DNA from: an uncultured virus (IMG/VR IMGVR_UViG_3300046804_004214)
Lineage: Duplodnaviria > Heunggongvirae > Uroviricota > Caudoviricetes
DNA length: 64,000 bases
Reading direction: 5' to 3' (one strand)
Virus record (IMG/VR): IMGVR_UViG_3300046804_004214
Positions 49,964 through 63,500 of the stretch are shown here, piece by piece (within the stretch, counting starts at the first letter, position 1; every line of letters begins with the position of its first letter). The position numbers and the translations under genes are program-made. The notes below the pieces were generated by a model, which was not told the origin of the DNA, did no database searches, and saw only the letters and a program-made list of their open reading frames with translations.

Positions 49964-51514
49964 TTAGAACTGCAAAATGACTTTGATATCTTCTTTTTGA
50001 TTAGATGATCTTGTAATTGATGGTCTATTGTCAACGTAAATTATATTACCAGAATATTTTTTAACCTCTGGAGATGCAAGACCATTTACAAATGATTGTC
50101 CAAGATAATATGTTCTATTATTTATTATCGTGGATATACCACTAAAAGAACTATTAATATTGAGATTTACACTACCTCCAGATATAATAGTATTTCCTGT
50201 AATTGAAGGAGAACTTGTAAATTCAGTCAAATCGTAACCATATTTTGGATTTGTTTGAGATGTACCGACTGTATTAAATCCAACTAATGTTCTATCCTGC
50301 CAGTATTTCAAAACACCAGTAGTTTGATTGTAACTTATAACTCTACCGACAGCAGTAGTTCCTGTAGAAATTGTTTGAGTTATATATGAATTTGGAGTAA
50401 ATGATGCTGAACTATATCCTGCACCGGTAAGCCTAATTGCCGATACTGCACTTGCTTTATCTAAACTTAGAATTTGATTGGACCCAAATGATAATGGATT
50501 TTCTACTATTCCAATCCTAGATATTTGATTTCCTGTTATAAAATCTGGATTTGAATTGTCGTTTTCTATTCTGGAATATAAAAGAACATAGTAGGCGCCT
50601 AATTCTCTACTAATATCGTATCCGTGTCCACCTTTTGGTGAAATTATGACATCAAATGATGGTTGTTCAGTTCCTGAAGGAACGTTTCCTGATACTAAAT
50701 CGACATTTCCATAAGTGTATCCAGAACCTTGATTTGAAACGATTATTGATTCTACTTGCTGATCGGCATCAATTGTAATTGTACACTCGGCTCCAGCACC
50801 ATCACCCTTTATCGGTACTCTAGAATATGTTACATTTGCTGTTCCAACACCAGTTCCTCTACTTGTTATTGTTACTATTTTTATGGATCCATCAACTGCA
50901 TTATTTCTTACCGAAGCATTTTCTGCATTTGTGTCCCAATTTGTTGGAACTGGCATAAAATCTGTAGAATCAAATTTTATAATTTCACTAGGTTTTATTG
51001 TATACAAGTATTTCCAAATATAACCATCTCCACTTGATCCGGCAGATCTTGGTTCTAAATCAACAAAAGTTGGTTCGTCCAAAGATGGTCTTCCATTTGG
51101 ATGATCTGGGTCAGTTCCATTTTGCAGACATATATAAACTCTATAATCACTCGTCAGAACATAATAAAAAGAATAATATAGATTAGTAGCACCGGATATT
51201 TTTGCTACATTCGATCTACTATAATCATGTCTATACATATCATAAGTAGTTCCTGAAGACCACATTCTTTTTGGAACGACTTGTCTAACATCTGAGGATG
51301 TTATCTTCTTCAATGCAATTATAGTATCCCAATAATTATTTTCTTCATTAAAGTTATCTTTAGGTGATGGTGGATTTGAATCCCAATCAGATTGAATTTC
51401 AGTTGGATTAGTCAGTCCGACAAAAGAATAGAAAGAATTAGTTGCAGTTGTAACTCCGGCAACAAAATTCTTTGCATTTAAGATTCTAATCTGATCTGTT
51501 ATAATCGCTGCCAT
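49964..51514 (-). CDS. g8: Baseplate wedge subunit
   Basis: WSSGTTYDMY, YRVYICL, DGYIWKYLY, QKEDIKVILQF. Confidence 0.92.
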   Translation of the reverse strand: MAAIITDQIRILNAKNFVAGVTTATNSFYSFVGLTNPTEIQSDWDSNPPSPKDNFNEENNYWDTIIALKKITSSDVRQVVPKRMWSSGTTYDMYRHDYSRSNVAKISGATNLYYSFYYVLTSDYRVYICLQNGTDPDHPNGRPSLDEPTFVDLEPRSAGSSGDGYIWKYLYTIKPSEIIKFDSTDFMPVPTNWDTNAENASVRNNAVDGSIKIVTITSRGTGVGTANVTYSRVPIKGDGAGAECTITIDADQQVESIIVSNQGSGYTYGNVDLVSGNVPSGTEQPSFDVIISPKGGHGYDISRELGAYYVLLYSRIENDNSNPDFITGNQISRIGIVENPLSFGSNQILSLDKASAVSAIRLTGAGYSSASFTPNSYITQTISTGTTAVGRVISYNQTTGVLKYWQDRTLVGFNTVGTSQTNPKYGYDLTEFTSSPSITGNTIISGGSVNLNINSSFSGISTIINNRTYYLGQSFVNGLASPEVKKYSGNIIYVDNRPSITRSSNQKEDIKVILQF

Positions 51515-51533
51515 TTTTAAGTTTTTTATCTAT

Positions 51534-54500
51534 TTATGGAATATAATCTAGATATTTTAAAGGAGAGTATCTGGTAACTATAGATCCTGTTGTTATTCCA
51601 CTTATACCCTTGAGAGTATATGCATTGTAGGTATTTTCTTCGGATCTTTCCGATAAGGTTATTCTCCCCCAACTAAATTCACCATAAAAATTAGTAACTC
51701 CTATTCCATTTAAACTTAAACCATTATAGGATGAGACTCTAGCAATTACCTTTCTAATATAAGTCATACCAATTCCAGGAATAGAAGTACTTGCAATTGA
51801 AACTGAATTTGCTATGTAAATATTATCCAAATAAGTAGTTCCAACACCAACTATAGATCCAGAAGAATCTAGAGAAGTTACTCCTTTGCCAACATTTGAG
51901 TTGGAAACCACAAAATAATATCCAGTTTGTATCCCACTCAGAGTAGTAATGCCGGTTATTGAAGAATCTCTCAAATAAGAATCATGAGGAATGAATAAAT
52001 CAAAGACTATAGCAGTACTTGCAATTCCAACAAAAGATCCCGTAGAAATTCCTACTATTATTCCAAAATCTCCCTGATAAGACTGAACACTATCAGATTC
52101 TTTTTTTATGGTTGGGGGAGCAATTAAGACACTTGGTGGATTAGTTGAGGTGTATCCAATACCACCATAAGATATTTTAATGCTAGTTACAATACCAGAT
52201 GTAATAAGTGCAGTAGCATTTGCTTTTTGGGTATCCCCCAATCCAACGGGAGATTGTATTGATACATCAGGAGAACTTTCATATCCATATCCACCACTAC
52301 TCAATAGAATAGAAGATATGGTTCCACCAGATGAAACTACTGAAGTTGCATAAGAACCTATTTTATTATCCTGAGATATTATTGTTATTTTCTTTTGAAA
52401 ATCTAAAGAATAATCATTTTCATTGATAGGATTGAAAAATGGTCTAATGTTATCTACAAAAATAAATGTAGATCCTATACCAACAGATTGAATTAAATAT
52501 GAACTTGGATAAATCGAAGGTTCATAAAGAGTTCTATCTTTACCAATTTCTTTTTCATTTATAATTTTATCTTCAGTTTGCCTGCACCAGATTATTGGTC
52601 TTAATAAATTTTCATCAGCAGTATTTCCTGGACCAAAATAAGTATTAGTCTCAAGGATATCAGTTGAATTTATAGAAGTTGCAATTCTATAGTCTTCACT
52701 TAATATTGGAGATTGACCTATTGAGGGATCATATGATATAGTTAATTTATCACCAACCTTTACAGTTTCCAAAATGTTTCTATCAATTACATCAACAGAC
52801 CCACTTCCTCGATAAAAAAGAATTTTACAGGTATCACCTACTTTGGGAGCTTCTGTAAAGGTTATTATACTTCCTCCATCAAAAATATAAGATTTTCCAG
52901 GAACTTGTAGGATATCATTTAAGAATATTAAAAGTGTATCTTGAACAACAATATTGGAACCTTTTGAAGATCTGATTGAAATTAAAGAATTGGAAAACTT
53001 TAATGGGAAAGTTATAGTGTCTCCATCAAATAAATTTTCTATAGAGTCTATAACTTGAAACTCTCCCATAGACCATCCAGAAAACTTATCCGTAAAAGTC
53101 TTCTGTATTATTATTTTAAACTCATCATATCCAGAAGTTGTTGGAATCCCAGCAATTCCACCAACTGGAATAGTAAGAATATTGCCTTGACCATATCCGT
53201 AACCAGTATTGGTAATTTCAAAATCAATTATACTGGATCCTTGTCCAACCACAACATCTATTCTAGCTTGTGTTCCAACACCAGAAGAAGATGAACTATA
53301 GTAGAGTGGCATATTTGAATAAGAAACAGGTGCATCAAATACAACATATGGTGGATTTGATGAAGTATATCCATATCCTGGATTTGTTATAGCAACGCTC
53401 ACAATTCTTCCATTGCTTACTGAAGCAGTTCCAATAAATTCTATATTTGGAGTTCCAAGAGAAGAAGTTCCGACTCCAACCCTAATTTCAATAGGTTTTA
53501 TTCCACCAAGAGTATGAATTCCAGATCTATATCCAGATCCACTATTTCCTATACTAACTTGAGATATAGTTCCTGAAGTAGATACTATAGCAGTTCCTCC
53601 GGCAGAAATTAGAGGTTGATAACCAAGTCCTGCCGTAGATCCTACAGAAATTATAATTCCACCTCTAGGCAAACCTCCCATATTTGCATCATATGGATTA
53701 GAACTTGGAGTTCCGACAAAAGATATAGAAGTAATTCCACTATTTTCAGATAAAGTATAATTTAAACTCTGAGAAGGTCCTTGGAATACATCATTAATCA
53801 ATATTACGGCATTTTCATTATAAATTCCTGTTATATCATTTTTATTAGATTTTAGAGGAAATGTACCAGAATAACCATTAAACTGTTCGGAAATATCATC
53901 AAAAATATAATTTTTATAATAAGTCTCATTTACTCCATTTGGTTGTCCAGACCTTAAGAATACTCTTCCTTGAAAACTTGAACCAGTGGCTATTCCAGAC
54001 CAATCTCTGTCATCTGGTTTATTGGAAAAAGTAATATCTGGTAAATTCCCATAAGGAGCATCTATAAAATTTATAACATTGTCAACAATATTATAACTTC
54101 CTGTTACTCTTGTTATTAGAGAACCAGTTGAATATCCAGCAATGTTTGTTCCTAATAGAGGTCTTTGTACTCTAATAGCATTGGTGGAGCCTATTCCTAC
54201 ACCCTCTATTTTCATAATCTCACTACCAATCTGAATCAAATCTCCACCAAAAAATGATGTTATTCCGGTGAAATAAGCTATATTTTGTGTAGATAATAAT
54301 TCTTTAGATAATGTAGTAGTCAATGAAGTTGCAACAACTGGCGATTGAATTACATTATCAATTGCAACAATTATCTTAGAATTTTGTTTTGTTGCTGAGA
54401 ATTTATGTGCGCTTCCAATTCCAGAAATAGACGTTAAATCTATCGTTTTTGGAATTACTTTAAGAGCATCTTCAGCACTTCTTGCCAACTTAACCGATGA

Positions 54501-57500
54501 ATCATCAACCTTTACAATGTAAACATCTGAGGGTAACTTATTAGTAGTTCCAATTCCAACTCCAAAATAAGTTGCTGCAATTCCTATTGGACTTATATCT
54601 TGCTGATATGTTACCATTTCTCCAGTCACGAAGAAATGATTTCCTAAAGTTATCGTATTTGTAGTGGTATTTGCAATTGATGGATTGGAAGCATCAAAAT
54701 ATTTTTCAAATACTGGAGACGAGTTATGCAATATTTCAAAGGATTTCTTAATATCACGTTCAGTTCCAAAATATACCCCGTAATCTGTCTCAATTGCATT
54801 ACTTAGATCATCAGAAGGTAAATACTCATTACGCTCAGCTCTTATTAAATGTGAATATACTTTTACTTGAACTTTTGTATTTTGTTTAGCCGTAAAAGTT
54901 AAATTAGTAATTCCTAAAGATTTGTTAGATCCTATTGTTCCAATTCCACTTAAAGTTTCAATATTTCCAAATTCTGAGTGATAAGAGTATCCCACATATC
55001 CATCAGACACGCTTCCATCATCAGTAATAATTACCTCAGATAATTGATTTTGATTATTTGTCATATCATAAGCTTGAACAATACAATAAGCGCCATCAAA
55101 TTCTTCAGAATAAGATAAAATTACTGTTTCAGAAGGTGTTGGTGATGATGAAATTAATACTGTATCAGTGAGCAGTTCTGCATTTCTTAAAGGTAAAGAA
55201 CCAACTCCAGATACTGAAGTGCCTGCAAAAGAAACTTGTATTGTATTGACAGAAGCATTGATATTATTATCTGGTATGAAATCAACATTTACATTTGATC
55301 CAGAAATATAAGAATAATATGTTCCTAAACCAGATCCAACATACCCGGAAGATGAATTTATTATTTTTCCATACTCTATAAATTCCACATTAGAACCATT
55401 ATGAACAACATTTAGTTCGTCAAACTGATAGTCATCAGAATCTGTAGAAATTTCTACTAAAATTTTGGCACTAGTATGAGTTACAGCAATTCCCGCAATA
55501 GTTGTTACCGATCCTGATGAAATGTTAGAATTTGAAGTAATAATTTTTACATTATTTCCTATTATAGTGCTATTAATTCCAACGAAACTATCTTTAAGAT
55601 TATATGAGAATGATGTGATATCATAATCATATGTTTTAAATTTAGTTGGGTAGAAAAGAACCACTCCTTCAGAACCATTTATTGTAAAATCAAAATATCC
55701 CAAATCTTCAAGAGTTTCTACTCTTCCATATTGATTAATATATCCAAGGGTATTATTATGAAGCAGTGTTAAAACAATCAGTTGTAATTGTGTATAATAT
55801 CTTTTATCTCTTATGCAAACTATAGACTTTTGAGCACGAGCATCACCAATAGAGAATCTAAACGCTTCTGAATATTTTTCTGGTCTTGGATTACTATTAA
55901 ATTGACTACTTATATCATCAATAGAAAGAACTCTATTTCCAAAAGATTCACTATAATCCGTTAAAATCCTATTTTTAAATATTATTTCATCTGAAATAAT
56001 TCTAGAATTATTAATAATAGAATTTTCTTTAACCAGATCAAAATCATAAACGCAATTTAAATCACCATAAGAAATAATATCATTTACAATATTAAATCCG
56101 GAAAGATCCGTAGTTACTCCTACTATAGATTGATTTTCATTAAAAGATTCTAATTGATAATCTGAGAATTTTTTAAAACCTAGTGTGTGATTTAATGTAC
56201 TAACCGCATCATTCCAAGTTTCATAATCTACTCTTGATCTTAACGAATATGAGAAGTTTTGATAATAAAAACTGTCCTGAACCTTTTGCAAATTATCGTT
56301 TAAAAATCCAACATTTGATTTCCAACCATTTTCAACTCTTGAACTTGAAGAAAGATTGAAGAAAGCATTAAAACTAGTTATTGATGAAGCAATACCCTGA
56401 GATTTCGATACAGATCCAATAATTAGTTCTCCTTCAGTGAAACCTCTTGCAGAAGACACTTTTAAATTATTAGTCTTTTTATCCCAACCAATAACTTTTC
56501 CTGTCGCAGAAGTAGAGTTTACAAACTCACCAATGTAATAATCATTTTCTACTAATTTTATATCAAATATTGGAAAATATTTTTCTGGTATAATTCTTGC
56601 TGATGAATTTAATATATCAAAATTTCCTGGATATTCAGAATCTTCTAGTAATCCGGATAAACTATAAGAAACACTACCAATACCACCTCTATTTTCATCA
56701 ACATCTGTTAAAGTGAAAAGTTGATAATTGTAATCTTTAGAATTATATCCTTTTGCAGTTGTGGCTACCCCAACACTAACATTTTCAATTAAAACTCTAT
56801 CATTAACTTTAAATGGGAAAGATTCTGCAGTACTAAATCCAACAGATAATCTAATAGTAACTTTTTTATTGAAACTGTTATAACTTATTGAACCAATCCC
56901 AACACCATTAGAATTTTCTATTGGTAAAATAATCGGATTTAAATTTCTTAAAGAATATGTGTTATTGAATATTTCAACTTTATTACTAGTTAAACTAAAT
57001 CTAAGATCAGCTTCAGGAATTATCTCATTAGTTTCTGAGTTAATAATTAAAAGTTTTGGGGGATATGTATAACCTCTACCAAAAGAACTGACTCCAACAG
57101 ATTCAAAAGAAAATGATGGACTCATTTTTATTATCTGAGGTAAAGAAATGCTTGGTCTTAGAGTAAAATCTGAGGGGAAATTGAATCCAATATCTTGAAA
57201 CCTTACTTTTTTAGTATTTCCTATAGTTTTACTTGATGGTTCAATAATGGCATCATATCCACTACTAGTTCTAATATCGGATGCTTCAGGTAAAACATAA
57301 TAATTTTTTCCTCCATTTAAAACCTTTATTTCGGAAATAGGTCCATATGCACTTAATGAATTTGTTAAATAATTTATAGATAATGAGTTTGAAGAAGTAT
57401 ATTGAGAATTTTCTGGATATTTTTTTAATGGATAAGTAAATGAAGTAGTAGATGCTACGCTTACTTCATGTTTACCATTATAAAAACTTTCTTCAATTTT

Positions 57501-60500
57501 AATTTGATTGCGGGAAAATACACTATCATCTATTTGAATTCCTTCTTTAAATTTTGGTAAACTTTCTGAAGAATAAACCGGAGTTAATTTATAGTAAAGA
57601 TTTTTTGGAATATGATCATCTATTACTAAGCTGATCACAGCATCTATACCAATAACTCCAGTTTTTCTGAAATTAAATTGTGTATTTTTTCCCGTAGTAT
57701 CAAATTTTTGATTATACTCAGAATCTAAAAATAAATTAAAATCAAATGCGGGATATTTTGATCCGCCCCTTAAGTAGGAAAGTGAAGAATCTGATAAATC
57801 AAAATTTATAGTGCTATTCCTAAACCCATTGATTGGTGGATTTATCTGAGATAATGTTCCATTTGATGATGATGTGATATTAACAAATATGGGATTCAGT
57901 AGAGTTGAATTGTAATAATTTTCACATAGTTTTATATTATCTTTATCAATTACGAAAACATAATAAAATTTATTGTTTTCTAAACCGCCAGATGGTGAAG
58001 AAGAAGTATGTAAAACTTTTTGCCCAGTAAAGAGTGTGTGATTAGAAATAAAAATTGAATTATTTAAAATATCTACATCAAGAGAATTAAACTCTTTTGG
58101 ATCAATAATTAATAAACGATGATAATCATTATATCTTACTATTATGCTTGTTGTTACTCCGGACTTAATATTCATAAAAACAACATCATTATCCAATAAA
58201 CCATGAGTTTGTGATGTTGCTACTGTGACAATATTTCTACTAACTTTTGCCCTTATTGGATTATAGTTTGTTTTAAAACTATGAGATGAACCAGTCCCAA
58301 TACCAGTAAAGAATAAAGTAGAAGATCTTGATGTTTGAGATGTAATTCCTACAAATAGTCCAGTAGATCCTATCCCAACTTTAACTGAAGAAATACCTAT
58401 TAAGTCGCTGTTTATTTTTGCAACATATAGAGTTGTTTGATCTAATAAATTATATGAATTAATACCATTGGTAGAGACACCTATAGGACTTCCACCATTT
58501 GTAGAATAAGTAAGCTCATCTCCAGTCTCTAAATTATGATCTGGTATATAAATTGACTTTGATGGAATAAAAATATTTGTTATTCCTGCGCCTGGATTTG
58601 AGAAAACTAATGTTATTCCCATTCCAACACTGCTTAAAGTTCCTATACCAATAGATTCTTTAGGGTCAAAATAAATTTCTTTATCAATTTTATATGGATA
58701 AAATGTATTTAATCCAACTTTTTTGGTATCAATTGTAATTTTTCTTGGGATTTCATAAATTAAAGATGTACTTGAATGAGAAGAACCTATTGTATTATTT
58801 CTTTCTCTTAAAACTCTAATTCTAGATGATTTTGTATCAACATTTAGAACCTTAATTCTCTCAGAGTCAATTAGTAAAATATCATTTTCTCTAATTTTAT
58901 TGGAATTTATATTACCACTAACTGAAAAATATGTTACTATTCCTGTTGTTGAACTTTGTGGTATTGTTGACGCTAAAGATAGAATATTAGAACTTATGCT
59001 GGCATTATAAAATCCATCTACACCAAATAATGAAGTGCTCAATCCTGTAACCGAAATAATATCACCAGAAGAATATGAATGCGGATTATTTGTTAATAAA
59101 ACTACCTCTCCTTTATTTCCTGAAGGATATAAGTAAACGTCACTAATTGAGCTTGTTGCTACACTAACAGAACTTATAGTTTTTCCAGAAATTTTAGAAA
59201 CTATTGCTTCTGTTCCATATCCTTTAGTATTATTGAATATTACATTATCATTTACTTTATAATTTTCTCCACCAAAAATAACTTTAATATCATCAATTGA
59301 TCCTGAAGAAACATATTTAATTGTTGATTTTTGATTTAAGTTATTTGGTAAATCCAAATATAGATAATTATTATCATATAAATTGTATGGAAATACATTT
59401 CTAGACCATTTTGTTTCATTTAAATCTATTCTATCTTGATTTGAATATTTTTTAAAATTAAACTCTATTGGATTAGATGAATAAAAATTGCCAATTAAAT
59501 AAGGAAAAATTGGTCTTTTGTATCTAGCAAAAACGCCAAAAGAATCTACTGATAATGGGTTTAAAGTTGCAAAATATGCATAAGTTCCTTTAGGAAATTC
59601 TGGAGTTACACAAAATCTTCCATTGCATTCATCTAATGTAGACTCATCACCATCCTCATAATATGTAAAATCTTCAACAAAAAATCCAGATGGAAATTCA
59701 TCCAAAGAAGGTCTATTCTCTTTAATTAAAGATTCTTCTTTGTATCCAGATTTCATCTGAACTATTTTTCCACCCTCTTTTGTTTGATATCCATATGGAC
59801 CATATATCGGATTTCCATCATAAGCCCATCCAATTATTGGGGAGTGATCTATAGAATTTACTTCAGAATTGTTTATTTTTGTTAAATCTCTTTTTCCATA
59901 TAAAGTTTTATTATTTTTTCCTATTGGGAATAAATTTTCTCTAAGTTTTCTTGGTGCATATAAATGAGAATATTTTAATTCATATTCACTATTTTTTGAT
60001 TCTGTAATAATACCATCATCATCTGAGAATAAATTAAAGTTCTTTTCGAATAAATTTACTCTCCATTTTTGTATTTCGGAAGAAAACTTTGCATCATCTC
60101 CAAAAGTAACTATTGTAACAAATGTTGTATCTTGAACATATCCGGCACCACTATCAATTATTTTTACTTCTTTAATTTGTCCATTTTTAACTACAGCGGT
60201 TAAATATGCCCCAAATCCCTGTCCACTAACTATTAAATCTGGAGGTGAATTATATTCACTACCAGGATTATTAATTAAAACCTCTACTATTTTTCCATTT
60301 GAAACTATAGGAATCAATTCTGCATTTTTTCCAACGGATACTTCAATAACTGGTTCTCTTTTATAGTTTAAAATATCTGAAGAACCATATCCAACTCCAT
60401 TATTTTCCAAATTAACTGATGTTATTTCACCTCTAAAAACTGGTTGAATAATTGCTTGAAAAGTGCTCCCATTAACGGAAGAGATTCCAATATTTCCTGT

Positions 60501-63500
60501 TATTGAAACATTTACATTTGGATAGTTAAACTTGTGTGTTCCTGATCCAATAGAATTCAATGAAATATACTGTTTTGTTTTATAGTAAAAATCAATATTT
60601 GTTGATCCAACACCAACACTAGACAGTCTTATCGTATCTTTATCGAGACTAGTTACATAATAATCTGAACCATTTGATAGACCAGAAATTGATACTCCAT
60701 CAGTAGTATAATTTATAATTTCACCATTATTATATCCATGATCTTTTAATGTTATTACATCTATAAAAGTATTAATTCCAACAGAAGTAGTAGTTCTTAA
60801 TTTGTTCTCGTAACCTTGTCCAGAATTTGTTACATTAATAGATGATATTACTGATTTCTTATTATATGATTCAAAATAATGATTTCCTGTTCCATAAGAA
60901 GTTAAGAAAATAGTATTAATGCCGGATATTGCATCCGAAGAAGTTTTGTGTAATTTTATCGAATATGGCGTAATTATAGATGCATAATAATCGGAATTAG
61001 TTGATAATCCACCAACACCTCTTTCCCCATTTGTCCTATAAATTATTCTCTCGGCATTTCTAAACTTATGATATGTTCCAAATCCTATTGTAGATAATGT
61101 AGATCCAACAGAAACATTAGCTGATTTTAATTCTGAATTAAATTTCACTGAATGTGAAATTAATTTCATATTAACCTTTGCTTGAGCTCCATATCCATTT
61201 CCACCGGTTATAGTGATAATAGGAGTGCTCAAATAGTCAAATCCCGGATCAATAACATCAATTTTTTGTAAAGAACCTTTAACGGAAATATTTCCTGTTG
61301 TTGCTCCAGTGCCAATCTCATCATCAATTGATAAATTTGGTGGATTGAAAACATCATATCCATTACCACCGGAAATTACATTTATTTTTTCTAATTTTCC
61401 GTAGTATACTATGTCATTTGATTTATAATTTGATATTTCTACGCCATTAATTAAAATTCCAGTACAAGATCCTGAAGGAGTTTCATACTTACTACTATTT
61501 GTTATTGGACGAGAAATCTCTCTTAATATATTTTGTGGTTTTAAAGTTTTTGCAGCAAATTTAATATATTCAATCTTATTTGCATTAATATCTTTATCAT
61601 CATTTAATTTAATATAATTTGAATAATTAATATCTGTTCTACTCTTTGCAAATTTGATATTATTTTCATCTACTCTTTTTATAAAATAAACACCTTCATC
61701 AAATAGACTGCTACCAATTTCTTCCGATACAAAAGTATTTCCATCAATATCAGTTTCAGTAACCTCAATTATTTGCGGGGTATAGTAAATACTATCCCCA
61801 GTATAAAAACCATGATCAGAATTTTCTGATATTTTAAATGTATCAGTTCCTGAAGTGTAAAATCCGCTAAAAATTATCTTTTTATCATATGGATTTATTA
61901 ATTGATTTCCATAATTTGGTAAAGATTGAGAAGAAATTAAAGTTCTGTCTTCGGATTTATATACATTTTGTACGTTAGATATAATCGAAGATATATCAGA
62001 AAACTTAGTAGAATTAAATTTTAATAATTTTCTTTTTATTTTGTAAGAGTCACTAAGTAGTAGAATTGATTGTGATTTAATTATTATTGTATTATTGGAA
62101 ATAATATCTTCAATAGTTCCTAAGGTATTGGTATCAGCATCTCCGATTAAAATTATATTATCACCAAGTTTAAATATATGATCACTATCAATTAAGATTT
62201 TATATATCTTATTTGATGCATCTAATAAAGTTACATTTTTTACATTGTATGAAGAACTAATATTAAATAACCAATTATTAGATATGAAATCTCGTGCATC
62301 TGCATTTATGCCAAGAGATTTTATTTGAATTTCATCATCTTTCTGTAAATAATATGGATTATCTACAAAATCAATATCACTTAAAACTGAGGTAATTCTA
62401 ACCTTTACTGATTTACTCTTGTTACTAGCATAAGTATTGATGCTAATATCTTCGCCATCTAATATAATTCCTGTAATGTTCGTGCAATTCAAAAATTGGG
62501 TAGTGTTTTTTGACTCGTAGTTAACAACTCCGCTTGTTCCATCTTGATATATTACATACAATTCTCCCTGATTTGGAAATCCTATTGTCGAATCTACATC
62601 AATAAATGATTGCGAAGAAACGTCTCCAATTACTTTTGTTTTTGGATGAACCTTAAAATTGCCATATAATGCGCCATCAACACTTATATCTCTATTATAG
62701 TTAGCGTCATAACCCAATATAAAATATTCCTTTCCATCTTTAGATAAAATTTTCTCAACAAGAGCTATAGGAGCATAAGATTTTGTAAAGTTTCCATATT
62801 CTTCTTGATATAAAGTTGAATTTTCTAATTCTAGTGGATCTCCTTCTATACTTTCAACTACAAGATTCTTTGTTATTTGGTAATTTGCATCTGAAGGTCT
62901 TATTAGATATTCTTTTGGTCTAACAACTTTTACATTTTCATTGTATAATGATTTAAACAATATCTCAAAAGAAAGATCTGTGCCCTTACTGGTATAAAAG
63001 TCTTTAGATTGCTTAATAAAAATAGATTGATTTAGGTTATCAGTTAGAGTTCTATTTTCTAATCCGGGGATAAACTGATTTTTTATTTTAACTAGAAAAT
63101 TATCTAAAAATAGAGAACTTAAATTGATAATAGATGCGCCAGCAGAGTGTTCGGAAGTTTCCGTTGAAGAAAAAACTACGTACTCAGGATCATTTTGCTT
63201 TTGATATGAAGTGATACCACTAAAACCTCTTATACAACCAGTAAAAGATCTGTCAGTTTTTCCAGTATATGTAATGATCTCTTCATCTATTTGAATAAGA
63301 CCATATGAATCTGGATATCCATTAGTTCCAGTTTCAGATTGAATATAAATTACATCATCAAAAAAAGAAATATCTGAGCTAAGAGTTGCCCCCGATGATT
63401 TATTAACTACATTTTCAATCTTAATATATTGATCAATATTTTGAATTAAGTCAGCAGCAGATCCTTGGTATTCTTGTGAAATATAATACTGAGATAAAAA

